A stretch of DNA of 64,000 nt from Nitrospiraceae bacterium (GTDB taxonomy: Bacteria; Nitrospirota; Nitrospiria; Nitrospirales; UBA2166): NCBI GenBank assembly GCA_002726235.1, contig PBSN01000008.1:2088-66087 (forward strand). Direction: 5' to 3'. The translations under genes and the position numbers were made by a program. The notes under the pieces were generated by a model that saw only the letters and a program-made list of their open reading frames with translations, had not been told where the DNA came from and ran no database searches. This document shows, piece by piece, positions 47,869 through 58,927 of this stretch. Each line of letters begins with the position of its first letter. Position 1 is the first letter of the stretch.

Positions 47869-48945
47869 ATGTTCTACCTTTTTTTATATCCCTGGGCTGA
47901 CGAAGTTCCCCTCTTCAATGTATTTCGTTATCTTAGTTTCCGAACCATCTACGCGGTGGTGACCGCTTTTGTGATCGCGTTCGCATTTGCGCCAATTTTG
48001 ACGAGACGTCTACAAAGGCTTGGATTTACGGAATCTATCCGAGACGATGGACCGGAACGCCACATTGTGAAAAGCGGGACTCCAACGATGGGAGGAATTC
48101 TTATTGTCGGGGCTGTTGTGTGCTCGACGCTTCTATGGGCGGACCTTCGCAATCCGTATATTTGGCTAGCATTATTTACCATGATTGGGTTTGGGGCTTT
48201 AGGAATCCTCGATGATTATCGTAAAGGTGGTCAGAGAGCGAATCACGAACTTACTATTATGCCAAAGCTCATGATCCAACTTCTCCTTGCAAGTGTGATT
48301 GGGATCGCCCTGTACTTCCTGCCTGCATATTCCACGTCGCTGAATGTCCCGTTTTTCAAAACGTTTTCTCCCGACCTTGGGTGGTTCTATATTCCGTTTG
48401 CCATACTCGTAATTGTTGGGGCGTCAAACGCGGTGAACCTGACTGATGGATTAGATGGGCTGGCTATTGGACCTGTTATGGTTGCAACGGTTGCCTATAC
48501 CATCGTGGTCTATGTTTCTGGACACGTGGGTTTCGCAGAATATCTACTGATCCCCTATGTTGAAGGGTCAGGGGAGTTGGCCGTTTTTACTGGTGCCATG
48601 TTTGGGGCAAGTCTGGCATTCCTGTGGTTCAATACCTATCCCGCGTCAATCTTCATGGGTGACGCAGGGTCGTTACCTCTAGGATCTGCGCTTGGTCTCG
48701 TCGCCATCGTAAGCAAGCACGAACTCTTGTTAATGCTGGTTGGAGGTGTGTTTGTCATTGAAGCTGTTTCAGTCATCTTTCAAGTCGCATCGTATAAGGC
48801 AAGAGGGAAGCGAATGTTTCTGATGGCGCCTCTCCATCATCACTTTGAATTAAAAGGATGGGAAGAGCCAAAGATCGTTATTCGCTTATGGATTATTGCG
48901 ATATTCTTTGCATTGTTGAGTTTAAGCACACTGAAACTTCGCTAG
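47869..48945 (+). CDS. mraY: Phospho-N-acetylmuramoyl-pentapeptide transferase MraY
   Basis: Polytopic membrane protein with TPTMGG, NAVNLTDGLDGLA and APLHHHFE motifs. Confidence 0.95.
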   Translation: MFYLFLYPWADEVPLFNVFRYLSFRTIYAVVTAFVIAFAFAPILTRRLQRLGFTESIRDDGPERHIVKSGTPTMGGILIVGAVVCSTLLWADLRNPYIWLALFTMIGFGALGILDDYRKGGQRANHELTIMPKLMIQLLLASVIGIALYFLPAYSTSLNVPFFKTFSPDLGWFYIPFAILVIVGASNAVNLTDGLDGLAIGPVMVATVAYTIVVYVSGHVGFAEYLLIPYVEGSGELAVFTGAMFGASLAFLWFNTYPASIFMGDAGSLPLGSALGLVAIVSKHELLLMLVGGVFVIEAVSVIFQVASYKARGKRMFLMAPLHHHFELKGWEEPKIVIRLWIIAIFFALLSLSTLKLR

Positions 48946-48952
48946 GCGAGAC

Positions 48953-50356
48953 ATGAAAACCGTTGTACCGAATGTTGAGTCAGAACTTAAGGGAAAGCAC
49001 GTCACTGTGGTTGGCCTCGCGCGCAGTGGGCGTAAGGCAATTGAATTACTCACGTGGCTTGGTGCGCTTGTGACGGCCGTGGACGTGAAGCCTCGTTCCG
49101 CGATGGGAGAAATCGTAGATCAGCTTGTGGACCAAGGGATCCCGGTCTACTTTGGAGGGGAGAATCACTCAGCACTTACTACTGCGGATCTTATTGTCAT
49201 TAGTCCCGGAGTTCCTCTAGTAGAGAAATCGCTTGACGATGCGCGTCGCGCGGGGATTCCAATCATTGCTGAAATCGAACTCGCATTTCCGTATCTCCAA
49301 GGGCGGCTTGTCGGGGTGACCGGAACCAACGGAAAAAGTACGACCGTGACGATGGCGGGGACAATGTTGGAACAGGCGGGTATTTCAGTGCGGATGGGTG
49401 GAAACCTCGGAACGCCTCTGTCTCAGATCGCATTGGATTGTTTGCGCGGAAACAACCAATCAGTCAAATATATTATTGCCGAACTTTCAAGTTTTCAACT
49501 TGAAGCAATCAACATGTTTGCCCCGTGGCTTGCGGTGGTTTTGAACATTACGAATGATCACATGGATCGATACTCGACGTTTGATGACTATGTCATGGCC
49601 AAGGCGAGAATATTTCGGCGTCAAAGACAAGGGGATTACGGATTACTCAATCAAGATGATTCCGTTGTGAAAAAGTTGGCTTCCGTTGTCCTTTCCTCCC
49701 TAATGACGTTTAGTCACCGGCACGCTGTAGATTCTGGGATGTACGTTGAGCGAGGTTGGTTTATGTGGCGTATCAACAATCGCACGGTGGAGATCTGTCC
49801 TCTTTCCGAGTTGCGGCTTCAAGGAGCCCATAATGTTGATAATGCAATGGCCGCAGCGGCCATCGCATTGTTGTGTGGGTGCTCTGTGGACGTGGTTCGT
49901 CGGGTACTCCAAACGTTCTCAGGACTTGAACATGCCTGCGAGTATGTGAGAGATCGTCATGGTGTCACCTTTATCAACGACTCCAAAGCGACAAATGTTG
50001 CCTCAACAATTGGAGCTCTCGAAAGTATTGGACGGCCGATTGTCTTGATCGCCGGAGGGCGTGACAAGGCTACTGATTTTTCTGAACTCGTACACGCTAT
50101 TTCTCTGTACGTAAAATCGGTGATTCTGATTGGAGAATCTGGTCATAAGATTAAGGAAGCCCTTGAAGACGCTGATGTGAATGCGATTCCGATGTACTTC
50201 GAAGATTCATTGGAAATGGCGATTCAACTTGCAAGTCGTGAAGCTGATTCTGGTGATGTTGTGCTCTTTTCTCCAACATGCACCAGCTTTGACATGTTTC
50301 AGGATTATCAACACCGTGGCAATCGATTCAAGGAGTGTGTTCATGCACTCTCGTGA
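48953..50356 (+). CDS. murD: UDP-MurNAc-L-alanine--D-glutamate ligase MurD
   Basis: N-terminal Rossmann-like GLARSG, P-loop VTGTNGKST and DSKATN. Confidence 0.93.
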   Translation: MKTVVPNVESELKGKHVTVVGLARSGRKAIELLTWLGALVTAVDVKPRSAMGEIVDQLVDQGIPVYFGGENHSALTTADLIVISPGVPLVEKSLDDARRAGIPIIAEIELAFPYLQGRLVGVTGTNGKSTTVTMAGTMLEQAGISVRMGGNLGTPLSQIALDCLRGNNQSVKYIIAELSSFQLEAINMFAPWLAVVLNITNDHMDRYSTFDDYVMAKARIFRRQRQGDYGLLNQDDSVVKKLASVVLSSLMTFSHRHAVDSGMYVERGWFMWRINNRTVEICPLSELRLQGAHNVDNAMAAAAIALLCGCSVDVVRRVLQTFSGLEHACEYVRDRHGVTFINDSKATNVASTIGALESIGRPIVLIAGGRDKATDFSELVHAISLYVKSVILIGESGHKIKEALEDADVNAIPMYFEDSLEMAIQLASREADSGDVVLFSPTCTSFDMFQDYQHRGNRFKECVHALS

Positions 50357-51518
50357 CGTTGAGGATCATCACGGGGTGCAGTCGCCGTTGTCGTGGTCGG
50401 CGTCATCAATGCGGCGTGACTCCTCAGGAGATCAGGTGCTCATTATCGTCACCCTACTGCTACTCGCCGTGGGAATTATGATGATGTACAGTTCAAGTGC
50501 TCTTCTTGCGCAACGGACATATGACGATGCCGCGTTTTTTCTTAAGCGACAGTCAATGTGGATCGCTGTTGGGTTGATCCTGTTGTATGCCTTCTCTCGT
50601 TTTCAACACCAATATTGGAAAAATGTGATTGGGCCATTGCTAGGTGTCGGACTTGCCCTGCTTGCGGTTGTGCTGCTTTCGCCGCTTGGGGAGCCGATTA
50701 ATGGTTCGCGTCGCTGGCTTCGACTGGGTGTGATGACAGTTCAACCCTCGGAATTTGTCAAGGTAATGCTGATTATTTATCTGGCGTGTTATCTCGCTGG
50801 GCGAGGAGAACGTATCCGAAGCTTTGTTAGTGGGGCCCTTCCCGCAGTCCTCGTAGTCGGCGTATTTGTTGGCTTAATCGTGTGTGAGCCGGATCTTGGT
50901 ACGGCAGTTGTTATTCTAATCGTCACCGCTGGAATGCTTTTTATTGGCGGCGTTCCAGCCTGGCATCTTGCGGGATTGTCAACGGCTACGCTGGCCATGT
51001 GTGTGTATCGTGTTACGCAGACCGCCTATCAGCGACAGCGCGTATTGACATTTTTGAATCCAGGGGAGGACCCGCAGGGTTCTGGATATCAGACCATTCA
51101 GTCTATTCTTGCCATCGGAAAAGGAGGTGTGTGGGGATCAGGATTAGGAGAATCAAGTCAAAAACGCCTCTTTCTTCCAGAACCTCATACCGATTTCATT
51201 TTTGCCGTTCTTTCCGAGGAGCTTGGGTTAATTGGAGGAATACTTCTCCTCGGGCTTTATGGGCTGCTGATCTGGAGAGGCTTTCGGATTTCGTGGAGGA
51301 GCTGGGGGAGCAATGATCTCCTAGGGCACTACCTAGCGTACGGGATTGCGCTTCTGTTCGTGGTGCAGGTGTTAATCAATGTTGGTGTTGTATCCGGAAT
51401 GCTTCCGGCAAAGGGATTGCCCCTTCCGTTATTGAGCTATGGGGGCTCTTCGATCGTCATGAACCTTGCCGCTATTGGAATACTGATCAGTATCTCGCGA
51501 TCGCAGGAGCGTGTATGA
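50343..51518 (+). CDS. ftsW: Peptidoglycan glycosyltransferase FtsW (SEDS family)
   Basis: A protein of about 10 TM helices, with QPSEFVK and a PLPLLSYGGSS C-terminal motif. Start set to in-frame ATG 50343, which overlaps the murD end by 14 nt. The track start 50181 lies inside murD. Confidence 0.92.
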   Translation: MHSRDVEDHHGVQSPLSWSASSMRRDSSGDQVLIIVTLLLLAVGIMMMYSSSALLAQRTYDDAAFFLKRQSMWIAVGLILLYAFSRFQHQYWKNVIGPLLGVGLALLAVVLLSPLGEPINGSRRWLRLGVMTVQPSEFVKVMLIIYLACYLAGRGERIRSFVSGALPAVLVVGVFVGLIVCEPDLGTAVVILIVTAGMLFIGGVPAWHLAGLSTATLAMCVYRVTQTAYQRQRVLTFLNPGEDPQGSGYQTIQSILAIGKGGVWGSGLGESSQKRLFLPEPHTDFIFAVLSEELGLIGGILLLGLYGLLIWRGFRISWRSWGSNDLLGHYLAYGIALLFVVQVLINVGVVSGMLPAKGLPLPLLSYGGSSIVMNLAAIGILISISRSQERV

Positions 51519-52621
51519 ACGTGTGCATTGCTGCAGGAGGCACTGGGGGCCATCTCTATCCCGGCATTGCGCTTGCACAAGAAATGATGCGTCAAGATGA
51601 AAAGAGCCAGATACAATTTGTTGGTACGCCACGGGGACTTGAGGTACGTGTGTTGCCAGAGGTTGGGTTTGAATTGCGGTGCATTGCCGCGAGGGGGGTT
51701 ATGGGAACATCCCCTATTAGGGCACTGGTTGCGCTTGCACAACTTCCATATGCGATAGGGCAATGTATTCGTCTTCTGCGGAAAAAGAAATCTGACTTGG
51801 TGATTGGCATTGGTGGGTATACCAGCCCGCCACTGTTTTTTGCAGCGCTTTACTTGGGGATTCCACGAGTGCTTGTTGAGCCTAACGTCATTCCAGGAAT
51901 GGCAAACCGGGTACTTTGCAGAATTGCCGATACTGTACTTCTGGCATTTGAAGAGACTAAGCGTTCTTTCCGGGGAGTTCCAACATACGTTGTCGGAGTG
52001 CCATTACGACGTGGGTTCAAACGATTTCAAGACACCAAAACGGTGGATAGATGGCATGGTGATCGACACACCATCTTGATATTTGGAGGGAGTCAAGGTT
52101 CACGAACACTCAACCGGGTAGTCGTGCGTGCCGTATCATTCCTCAACACGAATCGAGCAGGTCTTCGCATTGTGCACCAGACGGGAGGGTCCGATTGCCT
52201 TTTTGTTCGCCATGACTATGCGGAGAGACATCTTGACGCGACTGTTGTAACCTCGTTGGATGATATGGCCGCAGCTTATGCGGCGGCGGATGTTGTGATC
52301 AGTCGAGCTGGAGCAGGAACGATCGCGGAACTTACGGCGTGTGGAAAACCGGCTATTCTTATTCCGTTTCCTTCAGCCGCAGGTCAGCACCAGTTGCGCA
52401 ACGCCGAGGTAATGGTGAATGCCGGTGCCGCAGTATTGATAGAGGAAACTTGCTTAAGTGATCGATTACTTGCGGACACCATACAAACCCTTATCAGCGA
52501 TACGGATCGCCTTGCAAGGATGGCGCGATGCAGTGCGGAGTTGGCCAAGCATGATGCGACAGAGCAGAGCGTCAAGTTTTGCAGAGAATTAGTCGAGCAA
52601 CCGTCACGACGGGCTGTCTGA
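51515..52621 (+). CDS. murG: UDP-GlcNAc--undecaprenyl-PP-MurNAc-pentapeptide GlcNAc transferase MurG
   Basis: AAGGTGGHLYPGIALA N-terminus and a GGSQGS motif. ATGA overlap with ftsW. Confidence 0.95.
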   Translation: MNVCIAAGGTGGHLYPGIALAQEMMRQDEKSQIQFVGTPRGLEVRVLPEVGFELRCIAARGVMGTSPIRALVALAQLPYAIGQCIRLLRKKKSDLVIGIGGYTSPPLFFAALYLGIPRVLVEPNVIPGMANRVLCRIADTVLLAFEETKRSFRGVPTYVVGVPLRRGFKRFQDTKTVDRWHGDRHTILIFGGSQGSRTLNRVVVRAVSFLNTNRAGLRIVHQTGGSDCLFVRHDYAERHLDATVVTSLDDMAAAYAAADVVISRAGAGTIAELTACGKPAILIPFPSAAGQHQLRNAEVMVNAGAAVLIEETCLSDRLLADTIQTLISDTDRLARMARCSAELAKHDATEQSVKFCRELVEQPSRRAV

Positions 52622-52643
52622 TCTTATAACGCACATTGGATGG

Positions 52644-54014
52644 GTGATGTTCGGAAAAACACGGCACATACATTTTGTTGGAATAGGTGGATCTGGAATG
52701 AGCGGTATTGCGGAGGTCTTGATTGATTTAGGCTACGTGGTGACCGGTTCTGATGTTCGTGAATCGGTTACCACGAAGCATCTCCGTAATGTAGGCGCGA
52801 CGGTGATGATTGGTCATGATGAGAAGAATATTGCGGGAGCCCAGGTGCTTGTTGCGTCGACCGCAGTGTCAGCGTTCAACCCTGAAGTTCGTGCTGCCGA
52901 AGGCAATAGGATCCCCGTTATTCCACGGGCGGAAATGCTGGCAGAGTTGATGCGTCTCAAGCAAGGCGTTGCGATTGCTGGTGCGCATGGGAAGACTACC
53001 ACGACATCAATGATTGCAGCGATTCTTTCTGATTCTCATCTTGATCCTACGATCGTCATTGGGGGTAGAGTTAATGCATTTGGTGGAGGTTCGCGGTCTG
53101 GTCAAGGCTCATTACTGATTGCCGAAGCTGATGAAAGCGATGGAACATTTCTGAAGCTCTCCCCTTCAATCGTTGTGGTAACCAATATCGATCGGGAACA
53201 TTTGGATTACTATAAGAGTCTCGACAAGATTCTTGAATCTTTTTCACGGTTTGTCGAGAAGGTGCCCTTTTATGGCCTGGTCGTCTTGTGCGCGGACGAC
53301 CCACTCCTTCGGTCACTGATCCCATCCTTGCACAAGCGCTGTGTCACCTATGGGATACAGCAACATGCTGATTTTGTGGCGTCAGAGGTGGAATTGGGGC
53401 CATGGAAATCCACCTTTACTGTCCATGCTGAGCAACGGTTAGTCGGAAAATTTACAATCCCGCTTCCTGGGAGGCACTATGTCTTAAACGCCCTTGCCGC
53501 TATTGTGGTTAGCTTGGAACTTGATATTCCAGTGGAGCAAATCTCAGATGGCCTTGCAGGTTTTCGAGGAGTAGAACGTCGTTTTCAGTGTGTGGGAGAG
53601 AAATCCGGCGTGTTGGTGCTTGATGACTATGCTCATCATCCTACGGAAATTCGGGCCACCGTTGCTGCTGTGAAGGAAGGCTGGGGGAGGCGATTCATTG
53701 TCCTGTTTCAGCCGCATCGTTTTTCTAGAACTCGTGATCTGATGGATGACTTTGCGGTTTCCTTTGATGGCGTAGATGCGCTGTTTGTCACCGAGATATA
53801 CCCGGCAGGAGAAGATCCTATCGATGGCGTAAACGGAACTCGGCTTGTTGAGCAGATTAAGAGAACAAATCTTTCTGCTGTGTCATTTGTTGCAGAATCA
53901 GAAGCCATGGTTGATCAGGTTCTCCCGATGCTTCGTGAGGGAGATGTTGTCTTGACTATGGGGGCAGGGGATATCTGGAAAGTAGGACAAACCCTCATGG
54001 AAAGACTTCCTTGA
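52644..54014 (+). CDS. murC: UDP-N-acetylmuramate--L-alanine ligase MurC
   Basis: HFVGIGGSGMSGIAEVL, P-loop AGAHGKTTT and DDYAHHPTE. Confidence 0.95.
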   Translation: MMFGKTRHIHFVGIGGSGMSGIAEVLIDLGYVVTGSDVRESVTTKHLRNVGATVMIGHDEKNIAGAQVLVASTAVSAFNPEVRAAEGNRIPVIPRAEMLAELMRLKQGVAIAGAHGKTTTTSMIAAILSDSHLDPTIVIGGRVNAFGGGSRSGQGSLLIAEADESDGTFLKLSPSIVVVTNIDREHLDYYKSLDKILESFSRFVEKVPFYGLVVLCADDPLLRSLIPSLHKRCVTYGIQQHADFVASEVELGPWKSTFTVHAEQRLVGKFTIPLPGRHYVLNALAAIVVSLELDIPVEQISDGLAGFRGVERRFQCVGEKSGVLVLDDYAHHPTEIRATVAAVKEGWGRRFIVLFQPHRFSRTRDLMDDFAVSFDGVDALFVTEIYPAGEDPIDGVNGTRLVEQIKRTNLSAVSFVAESEAMVDQVLPMLREGDVVLTMGAGDIWKVGQTLMERLP

Positions 54015-54913
54015 TGCTCGCAGCGTCCATGGCTTCAGCGCTTAATACTCTTCAGGGAGAAGTTCGTGTCAACGAGCCAATGTGGCGTCATGTCTCGTTT
54101 CGTATTGGTGGGAATGCAGATGCTCTGGTCATTCCGCACAATATAGAGGATTTGCAAGGTCTTGTCGTGCAGACTAGAAGGGCGAAGATTCCAATGACTG
54201 TCATCGGCGGAACAAACCTTCTTGTCCGCGATGATGGCATCGAAGGCATTGTCGTCTCTTTGCATCAATTTCAGGAGATCCAGTATGAAGGGGGATCTCG
54301 TCTCTACGTTGGAGGTGGCGTGCGAATGCCGCATCTGCTTAATGTCGCGACGAAACACGGACATGGGGGATTTGAATTTGCGGCAGGAATTCCAGGAACG
54401 GTTGCTGGTTCTCTAGTGATGAATGCTGGAACAGCGCGAGGTGAAATGAAAGATGTTCTTCAGGCAATTCATTTACTTGATGCGGAAGGCCAGCTTCATG
54501 TGATTCAAGCTGAGGCACTGGAGTTTGGATATCGACGCTCTTCTTTTCCTCCTGGTATCGTGGTTGGAGCGTGGCTCAACGTCATACCGAGTTCGGTGAA
54601 GCAGCTTGCTCTGAGTATTAAGTCTGCATTACGTAAGCGGAAGCAAACTCAACCTCTCACACTTCCAAGTGCGGGATGTGTGTTCCGGAACCCACAAGGG
54701 GACTCTGCCGGGCGGCTTATCGAACACGCGGGTTTCAAGGGATGTCGTGTGGGGGATGCAGCTATCTCGACTGTACACGCAAATTTTGCGGTTAATGTTG
54801 GGTGTGCGATGGCACGAGATGTGATTGCTCTGGTCGATCAGGTACGCACTGGTGTTAAGGAAAAGACGGGAACATTGCTTGACCTTGAATTAACTATTGT
54901 GGGCCGTGAATAA
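54011..54913 (+). CDS. murB: UDP-N-acetylenolpyruvoylglucosamine reductase MurB
   Basis: FAD-binding FRIGGNAD, GGTNLLV and AGCVFRNP motifs. Confidence 0.93.
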   Translation: MMLAASMASALNTLQGEVRVNEPMWRHVSFRIGGNADALVIPHNIEDLQGLVVQTRRAKIPMTVIGGTNLLVRDDGIEGIVVSLHQFQEIQYEGGSRLYVGGGVRMPHLLNVATKHGHGGFEFAAGIPGTVAGSLVMNAGTARGEMKDVLQAIHLLDAEGQLHVIQAEALEFGYRRSSFPPGIVVGAWLNVIPSSVKQLALSIKSALRKRKQTQPLTLPSAGCVFRNPQGDSAGRLIEHAGFKGCRVGDAAISTVHANFAVNVGCAMARDVIALVDQVRTGVKEKTGTLLDLELTIVGRE

Positions 54914-54924
54914 CCATAGTCACG

Positions 54925-55848
54925 ATGGAAGGAAAACACATTGGGGTATTGATGGGTGGACGGTCGGCGGAACGTGATATTTCCCTGAAGAGTGGAAAGG
55001 CCATTGCTGATTCACTGATGCGGCAGGGATATCGGGTCACGTGTATCGATGCGAGTCCTAATGTTGGAGAAGAATTGCAGTGCAATCATATTGACGTGGC
55101 CTTTTTGGCTCTTCATGGTCCAGGCGGGGAGGACGGTGCAATTCAGGGGTTCTTGGAAGTGCTTGACCTCCCATATACTGGGTCAGGGATTGCGGCGAGT
55201 GCGGTGGGGATGAATAAAGTCTTGACCAAGTTGATATTAAAAGCATCGAGCTTACCGACTCCGCCGAGTGTGCTTCTCACTGCGAGTGCTCTTTCATCCA
55301 TGATGCGGAATAAAATATCACTCCCGTTTTCATTTCCGGCCGTAGTAAAGCCGGTTGCTCAGGGTTCATCGATTGGAGTGAGTGTCATGCACGGTGCGGG
55401 CGACGTCCAGGTTGCATATGAAACCGCTATGCAGTTTGGTCATCAGGTTCTGGTTGAACAATTCATTGACGGTGCAGAATTTACGGTTGGGATTATCGGT
55501 GAAACACCACTACCGGTATTAGAAATTCTCTTGGCAAAAACGCTTTTCGATTTTGACACGAAATATGAAGTGAGCGCTACACCTCATGCTGTGCGCGCAA
55601 CACTTTCTCCAACTCGCACACATGAGATGCAGCAACTGGCACTTCAAGTACACCAAGACATTGGGTGTCGTGGTGTTTCGCGTGTAGATATTCGGGTTGA
55701 TGACGCAGGCAACCCCTTTGTTCTTGAAATCAATACGATTCCAGGGATGACCAATGAAAGCTTACTCCCATTAGCTGCGCGTGAAGCGGATATCCAATAT
55801 GACTGTTTGGTCAAGAAAATGTTGTCTGCAACTGTGGGAGAACAATGA
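54925..55848 (+). CDS. ddl: D-alanine--D-alanine ligase
   Basis: GVLMGGRSAEREIS-type N-terminus, ALHGPGGEDG, ATP-grasp (VKPVAQGSSIGV) and EINTIPGMT. Confidence 0.95.
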   Translation: MEGKHIGVLMGGRSAERDISLKSGKAIADSLMRQGYRVTCIDASPNVGEELQCNHIDVAFLALHGPGGEDGAIQGFLEVLDLPYTGSGIAASAVGMNKVLTKLILKASSLPTPPSVLLTASALSSMMRNKISLPFSFPAVVKPVAQGSSIGVSVMHGAGDVQVAYETAMQFGHQVLVEQFIDGAEFTVGIIGETPLPVLEILLAKTLFDFDTKYEVSATPHAVRATLSPTRTHEMQQLALQVHQDIGCRGVSRVDIRVDDAGNPFVLEINTIPGMTNESLLPLAAREADIQYDCLVKKMLSATVGEQ

Positions 55849-56432
55849 ACGTTCGGATATGGAGTGAACAAAAATATCAAGAGCTGGGACGTCGTCCACG
55901 TGTCTTGATTGTGTTCATGGGTATGCTTTTGGTTATTCTCGGTACGACATATATTGGCTTGTTGCCGGGATGGTCGGCTGGGATAGACCGCGTGAGTATT
56001 TCGCAACCGTCGGTGTTGGTTGAGGCATCATATGCTTGGTTTTTGGTTGATGCGCATGGCATTGTCCGTGGGGCAATCGATCGCGATAGGCCTCAAATGC
56101 TGCCGAAGATTTCTGGGATCGACTCACGTGCATTGTTACGGCAGGAGTTTTCTGCAGTGGACGCAGCCCAAAACGGGTATGAATTGGCCACACTCCTGTT
56201 GGATAGTGATGACCGTCAACTGCATGGGCGAGACCTACGGATTGACTTTTCTGATCCTCAAAATATTGTCGCGACGTTTCATGGCACGACGATTCATTTT
56301 GGAAGCAACGGCTTCCGGGAGAAATGGGACAGGGTCAGGCGCGTTCGTGGTGCGCGAACAGGTAGCCTTTCAGCAGGGCATGAATTGGACTTGCGTTTTC
56401 CAAACACTGTGATTGTGCGTAAACCTCAATGA
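55845..56432 (+). CDS. ftsQ: Cell division protein FtsQ (short form)
   Basis: 195 aa with one TM helix followed by a POTRA-like region. Assigned largely by its position between ddl and ftsA. Confidence 0.75.
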   Translation: MNVRIWSEQKYQELGRRPRVLIVFMGMLLVILGTTYIGLLPGWSAGIDRVSISQPSVLVEASYAWFLVDAHGIVRGAIDRDRPQMLPKISGIDSRALLRQEFSAVDAAQNGYELATLLLDSDDRQLHGRDLRIDFSDPQNIVATFHGTTIHFGSNGFREKWDRVRRVRGARTGSLSAGHELDLRFPNTVIVRKPQ

Positions 56433-57685
56433 GAACAGGTGCTGGAAAAAAAGGCCGAATGACCAACATCATCGTCGGCCTTGATATTGGGACGACGAAA
56501 ATCTGCTGCATTGTTGCGGCAGTAACTGATGAAGGCACTCTTGATGTTATCGGACATGGGGTGAGTGCGTCTCGGGGTTTGCGAAAAGGCGCTGTGGTCA
56601 ATATCGAAGATACTGTCGAGTCCATAAAGAAGGCGGTAAAAGAAGCTGAGCTAATGTCTGATGTACGGATAAGTTCAGTGTATGTGGGGATTGCTGGAAG
56701 CCATATCGTTGGTTTCAACTCCCTTGGGTATATTACTATCCGAAATGAAGATGAGGGCGTTACTCAAGCTGATAAGACTCGTGTACACGCGAAAGCGAAA
56801 CCACCAAAAGAAACATTTTCAAAAGATCGCGAAGAGCTCCATACTATTCCCCAGAGGTATATTGTGGATGATCAGGATGGCATCAAGGATCCGTTAAATA
56901 TCTGTGGGGAAAGACTCGAAGTTGATGTCTATATCATCACTGGAGCCAAGATGGCGGTGAAGAATATCAAACGGAGCGTTCACCGCGCGGGGTTGAGTGT
57001 CTCCCGTGTCATTCTTCAACCGCTTGCGTCAAGTAAGGCTGTCTTAACCTCCGAGGAAATGGACGTGGGTGTTGCGATGGTCGATTTGGGAGGTGGGACA
57101 GCAGATCTTGCGATTTATTCAGAGGGGAGCCTTGTGCACACTGCTGTACTGGCAATTGGAGGCAACCACTTTACACATGATGTTGCTGTTGGGCTACGAC
57201 TTTCGCATATTGAGGCTGAAAACGTAAAGGTTCAGCATGGATCTGTCTCAAGTGAGTCGATTGAGGATGATGAAATGTTTGAGGCACGTGGTATGGGTGG
57301 TCGTCCTCCACAGCCGCGACTGCGGAAAGAGCTGTCCGGAATCTTGGAACTGCGTGCCGAGGAATTGTTCGAGCTCGTGGGAGAAGAGATCAAAAAATCC
57401 GGCCATGAGGAGAAAGTGGTTGCCGGACTTGTTTTAGCGGGAGGAGCGGCTTTGCTCGACGGAATTGAGAGTGTTGCTGAACGTGTTCTTGCTCTTCCTG
57501 TTCGTGTCGGGTCCCCACGCGAGCTTAGTGGACTACGCAGTATTGCCAAAAGCCCTGTTTACGCAACAGCGGTTGGGTTGATTCTGGAAGCATGGCAATC
57601 CTCGGACGGAGAAGACACTAGCTTAGAGGGAATATGGCAGAAACCACGTAGTGTGGTTCAGAGAATCAAGGAATGGTTTTTTTGA
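56429..57685 (+). CDS. ftsA: Cell division protein FtsA
   Basis: Actin-fold motifs (VGLDIGTTKI, VDLGGGTAD). ATG 56459 (MTNIIVGLDIG) is a plausible alternative start. Confidence 0.94.
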   Translation: MRTGAGKKGRMTNIIVGLDIGTTKICCIVAAVTDEGTLDVIGHGVSASRGLRKGAVVNIEDTVESIKKAVKEAELMSDVRISSVYVGIAGSHIVGFNSLGYITIRNEDEGVTQADKTRVHAKAKPPKETFSKDREELHTIPQRYIVDDQDGIKDPLNICGERLEVDVYIITGAKMAVKNIKRSVHRAGLSVSRVILQPLASSKAVLTSEEMDVGVAMVDLGGGTADLAIYSEGSLVHTAVLAIGGNHFTHDVAVGLRLSHIEAENVKVQHGSVSSESIEDDEMFEARGMGGRPPQPRLRKELSGILELRAEELFELVGEEIKKSGHEEKVVAGLVLAGGAALLDGIESVAERVLALPVRVGSPRELSGLRSIAKSPVYATAVGLILEAWQSSDGEDTSLEGIWQKPRSVVQRIKEWFF

Positions 57686-57729
57686 GATCGCAATGATCTG
57701 TGTAAGGCTGCAACAATAGGGAGGCTACT

Positions 57730-58893
57730 ATGTCGAAAAATCATGAAGGATTCTTATTCAAGGAACCAGATGCGACATCGGCGAAATTAAAGGTGATTGG
57801 GGTTGGAGGCGGTGGCTGCAACGCCGTGAATTCAATGGTGGCGGATGGATTGACAGGCGTCGATTTTATCGCAGCCAATACCGATCTTCAGGCTCTTGAG
57901 AAGTCCTTGGCCCCTTCAAAAATCCAACTCGGGAAGGAGCGTACCAAAGGTCTTGGGGCTGGTGCTGATCCGGATATTGGAGCTGAGTCGGCACTGGAGC
58001 AGTCCGAGGAGATTCGTCAAGTACTTGATGGAGCCGATATGGTCTTTGTCACTGCTGGGATGGGTGGAGGCACAGGGACTGGTGCAGCTCCCGTGATCTC
58101 GAGTCTGGCTAGAGATCTAGGAGCCTTGACGGTCGCGGTGGTGACAAAACCGTTTCCGTTCGAAGGTGGGAAACGGATGTGCAGGGCAGAAGAAGGCGTT
58201 GCTCAGTTGAAAAGAAATACTGATACACTGTTAGCCATTCCGAACCAACGGCTCTTGAAAATCATTGAGACAGGCACCCCGCTGACCGAGGCGTTTATCC
58301 AATCTAATACGGTGCTCCGTCATGCAATAGCGGGAATTGCTGACGTGATTACGACGCCCGGCCTCGTGAATGTTGACTTTGCTGATGTGCGTGCGGTTAT
58401 GAACCATATGGGGCGAGCTGTGCTGGGAATGGGAAGAGCACGTGGGGAGGAGCGTGCAGTCATGGCGGCTCGGGATGCTATCTCTAGTCCCTTGCTTGAA
58501 GATGGAGGAATTGCAGGGGCTCGTGCGCTCTTGTTTAATATTACAGGGGGTGCTGATCTCTCTCTTCATGAGGTAAGCGCAGCTGCTGAGGTTATTCATG
58601 AGGAAGCGGATAAGGATGCGAATATTATTTTCGGGGCTGTGGTAAACCCTGATTTCTCAGACGAAGTCGTGATCACAGTGATTGCGACTGGATTTGATCG
58701 TGAACTAGCGTTGGCGCAACCAGTGTCGAAGAATGTTTCTGCCTCGTCAACCAATGGTGCTGGGCGTGAACCTTGCCTGACAAGTGTTGGAAAAGGAGTA
58801 GTAAGTCCTGGACGAAATGTTCAACGCAAACTTCCTCTCATGGATGCCTATGAGACACCTACGTTTCTTAGGCAGGGGAAACATACATCGTAG
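57730..58893 (+). CDS. ftsZ: Cell division GTPase FtsZ
   Basis: Tubulin signature [18 protein letters not shown] and NVDFADV. 387 aa with AGGGAGG SD. Confidence 0.97.
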   Translation: MSKNHEGFLFKEPDATSAKLKVIGVGGGGCNAVNSMVADGLTGVDFIAANTDLQALEKSLAPSKIQLGKERTKGLGAGADPDIGAESALEQSEEIRQVLDGADMVFVTAGMGGGTGTGAAPVISSLARDLGALTVAVVTKPFPFEGGKRMCRAEEGVAQLKRNTDTLLAIPNQRLLKIIETGTPLTEAFIQSNTVLRHAIAGIADVITTPGLVNVDFADVRAVMNHMGRAVLGMGRARGEERAVMAARDAISSPLLEDGGIAGARALLFNITGGADLSLHEVSAAAEVIHEEADKDANIIFGAVVNPDFSDEVVITVIATGFDRELALAQPVSKNVSASSTNGAGREPCLTSVGKGVVSPGRNVQRKLPLMDAYETPTFLRQGKHTS

Positions 58894-58927
58894 GCTCCAT
58901 GCGTATTGAGGCTGTAAAATTTGTGAG